Shown piece by piece: positions 9,149 to 17,926 of a stretch of DNA of 64,000 nucleotides; position 1 is the stretch's first letter, and every line of letters begins with the position of its first letter. A model generated the notes under the pieces. That model ran no database searches and had not been told where the DNA came from. It saw only the letters and a list, made by a program, of their open reading frames with translations. Location: positions 9,273 through 73,272 of the IMG/VR virus record IMGVR_UViG_3300044305_003112. One strand, 5' to 3'. The position numbers and the translations under genes were made by a program. The stretch is from a virus (lineage: Duplodnaviria; Caudoviricetes).

Positions 9149-9997
9149 ATGTTAAAAGAGCGTAAACTTACCAAAGCAGAACTTGATAAGCGTGAGGACA
9201 TCATCATGAATATGAAGAAAAATAAACGCGATTTAGTTAAAAAATATGGTAAGGACGCTGAAGCAGTAATGTATGGTAGAGCTACTAATATAGCTAAAAA
9301 AACAACAGAATCAATGGCAATTAATAATCGATTAAGAGAAATGGTCAAAACAGCTTTATCAACTCCTAAAGTAAAAGAAGCAATAGGTAAGGAAGATGGT
9401 GAAGTAGATGATGATCTATCAGTTGGGGTTTATACTGAAAACCCACCTAAAAAGAAAAAAACTAATGAAGATTTACAATTAGATGAAAATGAACAATTAG
9501 TTCAATCTTGTTATATATCAGAAACTATAAATGAAGGCCATAAAGGAAAATTAGATTTAGAAGGAAAAATGGCTAGAAAGCAATTAGCAAAAATAGCTAA
9601 ATATGCTCAACATTTATTTCATATGTTAGATAATAAATCTCAATTAGAAAGTTGGGTTCAAGCTAAATTAACAAAAGCATCAGATTATATGAGCTCTGTT
9701 AAGCATTATTTAGAAGGTGAAGCATTAACATCAGCACCTCCTGTTATGAATGAAGATGAAGCTATTAAAGATATAGAAGGAAGAGCGCTAAACATTGGTG
9801 ATGTAGTAAAATGCCCAGATAATAATGAGTACCAATGTATGTATTCATATTCTGAAAAATTACCATTTTTATCACCATATGATGGTAAAAAACCTGATTT
9901 AATGAATAAAATGTATTTTAAAGATAAACCAGAATTTGCTAAAAGATTAGAAAAAGTAAAAGATTATTCTCAAACAAAAGGTGGATTTATTAAGTAA
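9149..9997 (+). CDS. modular hypothetical protein, probable capsid-internal protein
   Basis: A basic N-terminal module (ERKLTK...VMYGRATNIAKK) and a helical EGKMARKQL..LESWVQAKLTKASDYM module, separated by xKE/xNE linkers. Confidence 0.75.
   Translation: MLKERKLTKAELDKREDIIMNMKKNKRDLVKKYGKDAEAVMYGRATNIAKKTTESMAINNRLREMVKTALSTPKVKEAIGKEDGEVDDDLSVGVYTENPPKKKKTNEDLQLDENEQLVQSCYISETINEGHKGKLDLEGKMARKQLAKIAKYAQHLFHMLDNKSQLESWVQAKLTKASDYMSSVKHYLEGEALTSAPPVMNEDEAIKDIEGRALNIGDVVKCPDNNEYQCMYSYSEKLPFLSPYDGKKPDLMNKMYFKDKPEFAKRLEKVKDYSQTKGGFIK
9485..9517 (+). repeat. 33-bp dispersed repeat, copy 1 (encodes ENEQLVQSCYI)
   Basis: 31/33 nt identical to 11982-12014. Confidence 0.8.
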
Positions 9998-9999
9998 AT

Positions 10000-10470
10000 A
10001 TGACACGACAAGAGTTAAAAGACAAACTACGCTTGTTAATAAAACAAGTTTACCCTGCTGTAATGCAATCCGAAACAGCAGTATTAGAGTATGATGAATT
10101 AACAAAATTCCCGGAACTTAAAGCAGTAATTATCGATCTTTTAACTTATGAGTTCGATAATTTTTTAGCATCTATAGATTGGGTTGCACCTCGTCCTAGT
10201 ACATTTAGAATTAATTTAAAAAATGGTGAACTTTTTTATCTAATTTATAATGGTAGAAGTTGGGTAGCTCAAGTAGAAGGGAAAAATTATTATTTATTAA
10301 ATCTTCCTGAAGAAGAACAAGCAGCTATGGCAATAGCTAGAATATTAAGATATGGCTCTCCTGATGCTGAAACTGAAGAAGTAGAGACTACAGAAACAGA
10401 AACTGAAGAAACAGAAACAGAAGAAACAACTGAAGAACCAGCAGAAGAGCCAGCAGCAGAAGAAGCATAA
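10000..10470 (+). CDS. hypothetical protein with an acidic ETEE tail
   Basis: 156 aa with a folded-looking core and a low-complexity C-terminus. Confidence 0.8.
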   Translation: MTRQELKDKLRLLIKQVYPAVMQSETAVLEYDELTKFPELKAVIIDLLTYEFDNFLASIDWVAPRPSTFRINLKNGELFYLIYNGRSWVAQVEGKNYYLLNLPEEEQAAMAIARILRYGSPDAETEEVETTETETEETETEETTEEPAEEPAAEEA

Positions 10471-11558
10471 TGGATTCAATAACTACATTTTTAAATAAAA
10501 TATCTTATAAATTTCCAAAAGGTTACCCGGATATGAATAACCCAAAGGATAAAAATTTATTATTTGAAATAATAACAGGTGTTGTAAAAGAAAATGAAGA
10601 AATAGATATTGATGAAGTAAGAAGTGAAATAGAAAGTTTAATAAAAAACATATCTGATCCTGAAGAATTAAAACAAATAGCTAAATATGCTAAAAACGTA
10701 GGTTTTGGGAATTCAATGAAGAAACATTTAGCTGATAAAAATTTAAGTTCAAAAGATATTTTATTTTTTCAATCACTTTTATCTGAATTAGGTAAGACAG
10801 GAGATTTTGCAAAATTATCTGAAAATCCACCTACATTTGATTTAACTAAAAATAATTACTTTGACCAAATACCAGGATTTGACAATACAGATTTAAAATC
10901 TTTATATAGTGATATGAAAGATTCTATTCAAGGAACAGTTTCATTAGGACCTGGAGAAGCATTTTTATCTGTATTTTTTAATAATGTTAAAAAAGCAGAA
11001 TCAAAGGGGGACTTAAATATAGGAGGTAAAGAAGTTGAATTAAAATCTAGAACAGGAGCATCAGGGGCAATGGTTGCTCCTAAATATGTTGTAAGAGGTA
11101 AAGCGGATGATATAATAAAAGAAATGGAAAAATTAATTAATACTTTTGATTTAGAAGATGTTCAAAAAGAAGAATTAAAAAATTTAATTAGACCTAAAGG
11201 AACCTCTTGGCCTTATAAAATTGATAAATTATTTAAATCTGCTTTAGAATTAGGTATAGATAACAAAAAATTAACAAAAGATTTATCAGATGAAATTAGT
11301 TCTTGGTATAAAAATAAATTACCAATGAATTTTGAGTCATATTTTACAGATAATGAATTTGAAGCTAAAAAGTTTATCGATAATTTAGCTACAACTTTAG
11401 CAAAAGATTATTTTGAAGAACATGGGTTTGATGGTTTTATGATATCTGATAATGTAGGAAATTTTAAATATTATGATGGAGGTGATTTTATAGATGCTAT
11501 TGGTAATGATATAATAGTTTCTAACCCTTCTGACTTAGTTCCTAGAATAAAAGTATAA
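10470..11558 (+). CDS. putative PD-(D/E)XK (restriction-endonuclease-like) nuclease
   Basis: SLGPGEAFL...KGDLNIGGKEVELKS matches the E...D-x(7-8)-E-x-K active-site layout. Confidence 0.55.
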   Translation: MDSITTFLNKISYKFPKGYPDMNNPKDKNLLFEIITGVVKENEEIDIDEVRSEIESLIKNISDPEELKQIAKYAKNVGFGNSMKKHLADKNLSSKDILFFQSLLSELGKTGDFAKLSENPPTFDLTKNNYFDQIPGFDNTDLKSLYSDMKDSIQGTVSLGPGEAFLSVFFNNVKKAESKGDLNIGGKEVELKSRTGASGAMVAPKYVVRGKADDIIKEMEKLINTFDLEDVQKEELKNLIRPKGTSWPYKIDKLFKSALELGIDNKKLTKDLSDEISSWYKNKLPMNFESYFTDNEFEAKKFIDNLATTLAKDYFEEHGFDGFMISDNVGNFKYYDGGDFIDAIGNDIIVSNPSDLVPRIKV

Positions 11559-11565
11559 TTTTTAA

Positions 11566-11573
11566 TATGTATA
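11566..11573 (+). promoter_or_regulatory. late-promoter variant TATGTATA
   Basis: 3 nt before ATG 11577. Confidence 0.35.
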
Positions 11574-11576
11574 ATC

Positions 11577-12674
11577 ATGAGCAAAAACACAGGTAAAAAA
11601 GATTGCAATTGTGGATGTGGTGGGTGTAAAACTAAATCTATAGGTCCTATATTGAGGGAAAATAAAGTATTTAGTACTCCATTGTCTAATGATTTAAAAT
11701 TTCATATAGACAATAATATACCGTTAAACGAAACAAAACATCGTGTGGGTTCTAAAAAATTTAAAAAATTAATTAATGAAGCTTCTGCATTATACTCACG
11801 TTTTATTTTAGATTTAAATAAAAAAGATGAAAAGATAATAAAAGAAGGAGTTGGATTTGGAAATAAAATGGGGGGTAATAATTTTACACCACAAAAAGAA
11901 ATACCTAGAGATAGATCTAGAAAAGATAATATAGGCAGATTAAAACCAAATATGTCAACACCAGGAATAAAATCATTATCAGAAAATGAAAAATTAATTC
12001 AATCTTGTTATATAAAAGAAGATAAAGATTATTATGAAAAAGCAAAAGATTTAGAGGGAAAAAAACAATCAATAATAGATCAACTAGAAAAATTATTAGA
12101 CTCTTTAACACCCCCAACATCAGATAATTTAGAAGCAAGACAAGGTTTAAAAGCAGCTTTAAAAAGTAATAATGTAGTAATGATGAAAAAAGCTTTAGAT
12201 CATTGGAGAGAAAAATTAGATCCTAGATCAAGTTTTACAGATGATGATTGGGAAAATTTTTATGCAGATTATGATTTACCTGAAGGTAAAATAAAAGAAT
12301 CACAAGATTTAGAAACAGAAGCTAAACAATATTTTTTAAAAAAGTTTATGGATGGTGAAATTAAAAAATTACCTGATCTTAAAGATGTTAAAGCAGCTTA
12401 TATGAAATTAAAATTAAAAGGAGAGGTAAATGAAGCTGAAGAAGATGAAAAAGAAGGAAAAAAAGTTACTGTTGATGGTGAACCATTTAAAAAACATAAC
12501 ATAAAAAATCTTCAAGAAATGGACCCAGTAAAATGGGATTTACAAAATGGAATAGCAGCTCAATGGGTTCCTGACAAAGTAGGTCATACAGCTGATGGAG
12601 ATATAACTGATGATCCTGGAGATGGATATGATACTAACAATAAAGATACTATAAACGAAAAATTAATCAATTAA
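11577..12674 (+). CDS. modular hypothetical protein, probable capsid-internal protein
   Basis: N-terminal CNCGCGGC cluster and many LRE/LNE/IKE/LSE/VNE/LQE/INE sites. Confidence 0.75.
   Translation: MSKNTGKKDCNCGCGGCKTKSIGPILRENKVFSTPLSNDLKFHIDNNIPLNETKHRVGSKKFKKLINEASALYSRFILDLNKKDEKIIKEGVGFGNKMGGNNFTPQKEIPRDRSRKDNIGRLKPNMSTPGIKSLSENEKLIQSCYIKEDKDYYEKAKDLEGKKQSIIDQLEKLLDSLTPPTSDNLEARQGLKAALKSNNVVMMKKALDHWREKLDPRSSFTDDDWENFYADYDLPEGKIKESQDLETEAKQYFLKKFMDGEIKKLPDLKDVKAAYMKLKLKGEVNEAEEDEKEGKKVTVDGEPFKKHNIKNLQEMDPVKWDLQNGIAAQWVPDKVGHTADGDITDDPGDGYDTNNKDTINEKLIN
11982..12014 (+). repeat. 33-bp dispersed repeat, copy 2 (encodes ENEKLIQSCYI)
   Basis: 31/33 nt identical to 9485-9517. Confidence 0.8.
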
Positions 12675-12688
12675 TAAAAAATAAAAAA

Positions 12689-12775
12689 ATGAAAAAATTT
12701 ATATGTAATTTAATCTGTATTTTAACTTTTAATAAAGTTTGTATAGGTTGGTGCAACCTAAAATGTTGCAAGTAA
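12689..12775 (+). CDS. 28-aa Cys-rich basic peptide MKKFICNLICILTFNKVCIGWCNLKCCK (below the ORF-track cutoff)
   Basis: A-rich translation initiation region (aaataaaaaaATG), 6 Cys, last gene before a terminator. Confidence 0.6.
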   Translation: MKKFICNLICILTFNKVCIGWCNLKCCK

Positions 12776-12820
12776 AAATCTGATTCATAGCCAGATACCC
12801 TTTATGGGTTTTTTATATAG

Positions 12821-12860
12821 AGAGCTGTGGCCTCATTTTGGAGCCACGGCTCTTTTTTTG
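12821..12860 (+). terminator. rho-independent terminator
   Basis: stem AGAGCTGTGGC / GCCACGGCTCT (one G-U pair) followed by a T run. Confidence 0.8.
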
Positions 12861-12868
12861 TATATTTA
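12837..12868 (+). promoter_or_regulatory. Bacteroidota sigma-A-type promoter overlapping the terminator
   Basis: TTTG(12837-40, in the hairpin loop)-N20-TATATTTA(12861-68). Confidence 0.55.
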
Positions 12869-12887
12869 ATTAATAAAAAATCTAAAG

Positions 12888-14174
12888 ATGAAACAAATAG
12901 TAATTATAGGAGCAGGAGTAGCAGGTGTTAATGCTGCTACAAAATTAGTTGATAACAATTATAAAGGTAAAATTACCATAATTGATATGGGTAATGATCC
13001 CTTTAAACGTAAACCTGAAGAAGTAATGACGGGTTTTATGGGAGCCGGAGGTTGGTCAGATGGTAAATTGACATATCATACTTCTATTGGTGGTCATTTA
13101 TCAAAATATTGTGGTGAAGATAAAGCTATGGAGTTAATGGATCAAGTTATTAATAATTTTAGAAGATTTCACCCTAAACCTGAAGTAATACAATGTTCAC
13201 ATCCTGTAGAAGAACCAGAATTTATTAAACCTTATTTTGGTTTGCGATTATTTCCTGTATGGCATATAGGAACTGATTATCTACATGAAATTGGTAAAAA
13301 TTGGTATACATATTTAACTGATAACGGTGTAGAATTTTTATGGAATACTAAAGTAGATGATATTAATTTTGATACTAATTTAGTTTATGGAGAAAACATT
13401 CCATCAGGAAGAATATATTATGATAAATTAATATTTGGAGTAGGTAAATCAGGGATTGATTTTGGAAAACAATTAGCTGAAAAATACGAATTACCAACAG
13501 AACCAAAACCAGTACAAATAGGAGTTAGATTTGAAGCACCACAAAAACATTTTCAAAAATTAATTGACATATCATATGATTTTAAGTTATATAAAAAGTT
13601 TGATAATGTAAGTTTAAGAACATTTTGTACAAACAATAATGCTGCTTATGTTGCTTTAGAAAAAACTTATGGTGATCATTCTTATAATGGACATGCTAAA
13701 AAAGATGAAGCATATAGAAATAACATGACTAATTTTGGTATATTAATGGAAATTAGAGGTATAGATAAACCATTTGATTGGTCAAGAGAAGCAGTTAAAA
13801 AATTACAATGTAGTGGAACAGGCACATATTATTCCCCAGGTAATAGATTACCATCTAAAACATCAGAAGGTGATTTTGTTAGATGTGTTGTAGTAGAAAA
13901 TATGGAACCTTTATTTGAATCATTAGGAGAAGAAAATGCTCAATATATAGAAGATTTCATTACAGAAATGCAAATAGTATTCCCAACATTAAAAGATGAT
14001 TGGGGTATTTATATGCCTGAAGTAAAATACCTATCACCTGAACCTTTAGTAAATTATGAAGATTTAAGTCTTACTAGATTTTCTGATGTCTATTTTGTAG
14101 GTGATGCGTTATCAGCAAGAGGTATAACAGTATCTGGGGCACAAGGTACTTATGTAGCTGAAAGTATATTATGA
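12888..14174 (+). CDS. FAD-dependent oxidoreductase (COG2509-like)
   Basis: IVIIGAGVAG Rossmann motif, GAGGWSDGKLT, QIGVRFE, RTFCTN, YFVGD..G..GI..SG. Confidence 0.85.
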   Translation: MKQIVIIGAGVAGVNAATKLVDNNYKGKITIIDMGNDPFKRKPEEVMTGFMGAGGWSDGKLTYHTSIGGHLSKYCGEDKAMELMDQVINNFRRFHPKPEVIQCSHPVEEPEFIKPYFGLRLFPVWHIGTDYLHEIGKNWYTYLTDNGVEFLWNTKVDDINFDTNLVYGENIPSGRIYYDKLIFGVGKSGIDFGKQLAEKYELPTEPKPVQIGVRFEAPQKHFQKLIDISYDFKLYKKFDNVSLRTFCTNNNAAYVALEKTYGDHSYNGHAKKDEAYRNNMTNFGILMEIRGIDKPFDWSREAVKKLQCSGTGTYYSPGNRLPSKTSEGDFVRCVVVENMEPLFESLGEENAQYIEDFITEMQIVFPTLKDDWGIYMPEVKYLSPEPLVNYEDLSLTRFSDVYFVGDALSARGITVSGAQGTYVAESIL

Positions 14175-14557
14175 AAAGTTTAATACTTAATAATAAAATA
14201 GAAGTTAGAAAAAGTAAAATTCATGGATATGGGGTTTTTGCTAAAGAAAAAATAAAAAAAGGTGAAATATTAGAAGAATGTCATATTATATCTTTTCCTA
14301 AAGAATATTATGATTTAGTACCTTTATATAGAAATGCTTATGTTTTTCCTAGAAAGGATAATTATAAAGAAATTGTCTTACCTTTAGGATATGGGTGTAT
14401 ATATAATTCCTCATCTAATCCAAATGCGGATTGGACAACAGATGAAAAGAGAAGATTAATTATCTTTAAAAGTATAGAAGAAATAGAGAAAAATGAAGAA
14501 ATATGTTGGGATTATGAAGTAAATATTGTATATTGTATAAAAAATAATTTAATATGA
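14171..14557 (+). CDS. SET-domain protein (putative lysine methyltransferase)
   Basis: KSKIHGYGVFAKEKIKKGE, IYNSSSNPN (NHS replaced by NSS), IEKNEEICWDY. Confidence 0.85.
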   Translation: MKSLILNNKIEVRKSKIHGYGVFAKEKIKKGEILEECHIISFPKEYYDLVPLYRNAYVFPRKDNYKEIVLPLGYGCIYNSSSNPNADWTTDEKRRLIIFKSIEEIEKNEEICWDYEVNIVYCIKNNLI

Positions 14558-15084
14558 AAATAGGTTTTTGTGGAACAATGAGTGTAGGTAAAACTACATT
14601 AGTAAATGCATTAAAAAATGAACCAGAATTTAAAGATTATAAATTTGCAACAGAACGTAGTAAATATTTAAGTTCATTAGGAATACCTTTAAACACAGAT
14701 AGTACTTTAAAAGGCCAATTGGTATTCGCAGCTGAAAGAGCAGCAGAATTAATGCAAGAAAAAATGATAACAGATAGAACTATTATTGATGTAATGGCTT
14801 TTTGTGAATTATCTGATTCTATGAGTGAAGCTGAAAAACAACATATAAGTGGGGTTTTATGGCATCTTATAAAAGAATATGACATTATATTTCATATAGA
14901 TGATCTTTCTGTTCCTATTGAAGACAATGGAGTTAGAGAAACAAATAAAAATTACAGATTGGATATTCATAAAAAAATATCATCTATATTAGGAATGCAT
15001 AGGTGGATGCCTGGTAAAGTAGTTAAAATTTCCGGCACAACTGAAGAACGCATAAACCAGGTGAAAGCTTCACTTTCTTTATGA
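14554..15084 (+). CDS. P-loop NTPase/kinase (AAA_28, NadR/nucleotide-kinase-like)
   Basis: IGFCGTMSVGKTT Walker A, ITDRTIID, EDNGVRET. Confidence 0.8.
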   Translation: MKIGFCGTMSVGKTTLVNALKNEPEFKDYKFATERSKYLSSLGIPLNTDSTLKGQLVFAAERAAELMQEKMITDRTIIDVMAFCELSDSMSEAEKQHISGVLWHLIKEYDIIFHIDDLSVPIEDNGVRETNKNYRLDIHKKISSILGMHRWMPGKVVKISGTTEERINQVKASLSL

Positions 15085-15092
15085 TATTTATA
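15085..15092 (+). promoter_or_regulatory. putative late promoter motif TATTTATA(AATA)
   Basis: in the gap before ATG 15107. Confidence 0.55.
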
Positions 15093-15106
15093 AATAAAAA
15101 TATCTC

Positions 15107-15622
15107 ATGAAAAAATCCCAACTTAAAGCAGCTATCAAAGAAGAAATTAAATTAGCTTTAAATGAAGCAGACCCCAAAGATATTCAAAATCAGGATGCTA
15201 TTAATAAAGCATTAGAAACAACTAAAAAAATGATGGATGATATTAATGCAACAGAAGATTCAGTTAGTTTAGCAGAAGCAGATCCTGAAGATGTAAAAAG
15301 TCAAAAAGAACTTAATAAATCATTAGAAAAAACATTAGATGCTGCTAAAGAATTAAAATCAATAGAATTATCTGAATTTAAAAACAAAATAAGGGAAGAA
15401 ATTATATCTGTTTTAAAAGAAGATGAAGAACCAACAGCATCCCAATTATCAGGAGATAGTGTAGCTGTTTTAGCTTCTAAACTTCAAGACACTACATCAG
15501 AAATGAAATCTACTGCTAATAAAATGAAAAAAACAGAAGATGTAACAGAAAAAGAAAAATTAATGGATAGATTAAAAACATTAAATAGAATAAAAAAAGA
15601 AATAGAATCAATGTTAGAATAA
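15107..15622 (+). CDS. coiled-coil hypothetical protein, probable prohead core/internal protein
   Basis: MKKSQLKAAIKEEIKLALNE leader, repeated internally as KIREEIISVLKE; duplicated EADP(K/E)D(I/V) module. Confidence 0.75.
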   Translation: MKKSQLKAAIKEEIKLALNEADPKDIQNQDAINKALETTKKMMDDINATEDSVSLAEADPEDVKSQKELNKSLEKTLDAAKELKSIELSEFKNKIREEIISVLKEDEEPTASQLSGDSVAVLASKLQDTTSEMKSTANKMKKTEDVTEKEKLMDRLKTLNRIKKEIESMLE

Positions 15623-15623
15623 T

Positions 15624-15950
15624 ATGAAAAAATTTTGGAAAATAATTCTAGGTATCGGAGCAGTAATAGCAGGTATCCTAGCATTAACAGCAAATAAAGG
15701 TAGTAAAAAACAATTTAAAAAAGATCTTAAAGATAATAAAAAGAAACTAGATACTGTTAAAAAGAAACAAAAAGAATTAGATAAAAAAGAAAAAGAGATA
15801 AAAAATAAAATAGATTCAAAAGACAAAGATATAAAAGCTAACAAGAAAAAAATAAAATCAACAAAATCAGCTAAAAAAACAATTTCTGATTTTGAGAAAA
15901 AATACAGAAAAAGTAAATTTAAAAAATCAGTAAAAAAAGCAAAAAAATAA
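15624..15950 (+). CDS. N-terminal TM helix + Lys-rich coiled coil (i-spanin-like topology)
   Basis: FWKIILGIGAVIAGILALTA followed by a highly charged coiled coil. Confidence 0.6.
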   Translation: MKKFWKIILGIGAVIAGILALTANKGSKKQFKKDLKDNKKKLDTVKKKQKELDKKEKEIKNKIDSKDKDIKANKKKIKSTKSAKKTISDFEKKYRKSKFKKSVKKAKK

Positions 15951-16327
15951 TGAAAAAAATTTTATATATATTAATATTATTATTTACATTTAATGTTTTT
16001 AGTCAAGATAAAATAGTTAAAATACCACAATCAGAACTTGATGCTTTCTTTTTAGCCATAGATACACTACAATATCAAGATTCTATTAAGTCAGTTTTAA
16101 TAGCAGACTTACAATTACAAAACACTAATTTTTTTAATTTACGTGTTAATGATATGGCTAAATTTGCAGCTAAAGATGAAGAAATTTTATTACTAAATAA
16201 CCAAATTAAATTATATGAAGATAGATTAAAAATTACAGATAGGTGGTATAATAAAAGATGGTTTGGTGTAGTTGTAGGTGTTGTAGGAACATCAACGGCA
16301 ATTTATTTAGCTGGACAAATTAAATAA
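15950..16327 (+). CDS. secreted coiled-coil protein with a C-terminal membrane anchor (candidate lysis/spanin partner)
   Basis: SPI-type signal MKKILYILILLFTFNVFS|Q and C-terminal WFGVVVGVVGTSTAIYLAG. Confidence 0.6.
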   Translation: MKKILYILILLFTFNVFSQDKIVKIPQSELDAFFLAIDTLQYQDSIKSVLIADLQLQNTNFFNLRVNDMAKFAAKDEEILLLNNQIKLYEDRLKITDRWYNKRWFGVVVGVVGTSTAIYLAGQIK

Positions 16328-16328
16328 A

Positions 16329-17903
16329 ATGAGTCAGGATTTAAAAAAAATAATAAGACAAGAATACATAAGATGTGCAAAAGATCCTGTTCATTTTATG
16401 AAAAAGTATTGTTATATTCAACATCCTCAAAGAGGAAGAATACAATTTAGTTTATATCCTTTCCAAGAAAGAGTATTAGGTTTATTTAAAGATAATCCTT
16501 ATTCAATAATTCTTAAATCTAGACAATTAGGTATTTCAACATTAACTGCTGCTTATTCTTTATGGATGATGTTATTTCATAAAGATAAAAATGTTCTTTG
16601 TATAGCAACTAAACAAGAAACAGCTAAAAATATGGTTACTAAGGTAAAATTTATGTATGAAAATTTACCTTCTTGGTTATCTATAGATTACATAGAAAAT
16701 AATAAATTAACATTAAGATTAAATAATGGCTCACAAATTAAAGCAACGTCAGCTTCAAGTGATGCAGGTAGATCTGAAGCAGTTTCTTTATTATTAATTG
16801 ATGAAGCTGCATTTATTGAAAATATAGCAGAAATATGGGCATCAGCTCAACAAACATTAGCAACTGGTGGGGGGTGTATTGCTTTAAGTACACCATATGG
16901 AACTGGAGGATGGTTTCATCAAACATGGGTTAAAGCTGAAGCAAAAGAAAATGAATTTTTACCAATTAAATTACCTTGGTTTGTACACCCTGAAAGAGAT
17001 AAAGAATGGAGAGCAAGACAAGATGAATTGTTAGGAGATCCTAGAATAGCAGCACAAGAATGTGATTGTGATTTTAGTACATCCGGAGATATAGTCTTCT
17101 ACTCAGAATGGTTAGATTTTATTAAAGAAACAACAATAAAAGAACCATTAGAAAGAAGAGGAGTAGACCAAAATTTGTGGATTTGGGAACCAGCTGATTA
17201 TTCAAGAGAATATATGATAACAGCAGATGTAGCTAGAGGTGATAGTAAAGATTTCTCGGCTTGTCATGTTATTGACATTGAAACAAATGTTCAAGTAGCA
17301 GAATATAAAGGTCAAATGCCTCCAAAAGAATTTGGTTATTTTTTAGTAGGTTTAGCATCTGAATATAATAATGCTTTGTTAGTAGTTGAAAATGCTAATA
17401 TAGGTTGGGCTACATTAGATGCTATTATAGAAAGAGGTTATAGAAATTTATACCAATCACCAAAATCAGATCAACTTACTGCAGAATCATACTTAAGAGT
17501 ATTTGAAGGAAACTCAGAAATGACTCCAGGATTTACAATGTCAATGAGAACTCGACCTTTAGTAATTAATAAATTTAGAGAATTTGTTGGTGATAGAAGT
17601 ACAACAATCCAATCAAAACGTTTATTAGAAGAAATGAAAGTATTTATTTGGAAAAATGGAAGACCAGAAGCTCAAACAGGCTACAACGATGACTTGGTTA
17701 TGTCATTTGGGATTGGTATGTTCCTACGTGATACTTCATTAAAGTTTCAACAACAGGGATTAGATAGTGCTAGAGCAGCACTAAAAAATGTAACAAGCAC
17801 AAAACCTAACTTTAAAGGAGTATATACTAACAATGCAGTAGAAAATCCTTATAAAATGAAAATTAATGGAAAAGATGAAAGCATTGATTGGTTGTTAAGA
17901 TAA
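16329..17903 (+). CDS. terL: terminase large subunit (T4 gp17-like)
   Basis: LKSRQLGIST Walker A, LLLIDEAAF Walker B, ALSTP coupling motif, ADVARG nuclease Asp, NDDLVMS. Confidence 0.97.
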   Translation: MSQDLKKIIRQEYIRCAKDPVHFMKKYCYIQHPQRGRIQFSLYPFQERVLGLFKDNPYSIILKSRQLGISTLTAAYSLWMMLFHKDKNVLCIATKQETAKNMVTKVKFMYENLPSWLSIDYIENNKLTLRLNNGSQIKATSASSDAGRSEAVSLLLIDEAAFIENIAEIWASAQQTLATGGGCIALSTPYGTGGWFHQTWVKAEAKENEFLPIKLPWFVHPERDKEWRARQDELLGDPRIAAQECDCDFSTSGDIVFYSEWLDFIKETTIKEPLERRGVDQNLWIWEPADYSREYMITADVARGDSKDFSACHVIDIETNVQVAEYKGQMPPKEFGYFLVGLASEYNNALLVVENANIGWATLDAIIERGYRNLYQSPKSDQLTAESYLRVFEGNSEMTPGFTMSMRTRPLVINKFREFVGDRSTTIQSKRLLEEMKVFIWKNGRPEAQTGYNDDLVMSFGIGMFLRDTSLKFQQQGLDSARAALKNVTSTKPNFKGVYTNNAVENPYKMKINGKDESIDWLLR

Positions 17904-17905
17904 TA

Positions 17906-17913
17906 TATTTATA
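17906..17913 (+). promoter_or_regulatory. putative late promoter motif TATTTATA
   Basis: in the gap before the portal ATG 17927. Confidence 0.55.
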
Positions 17914-17926
17914 AAAATAAAACAAA

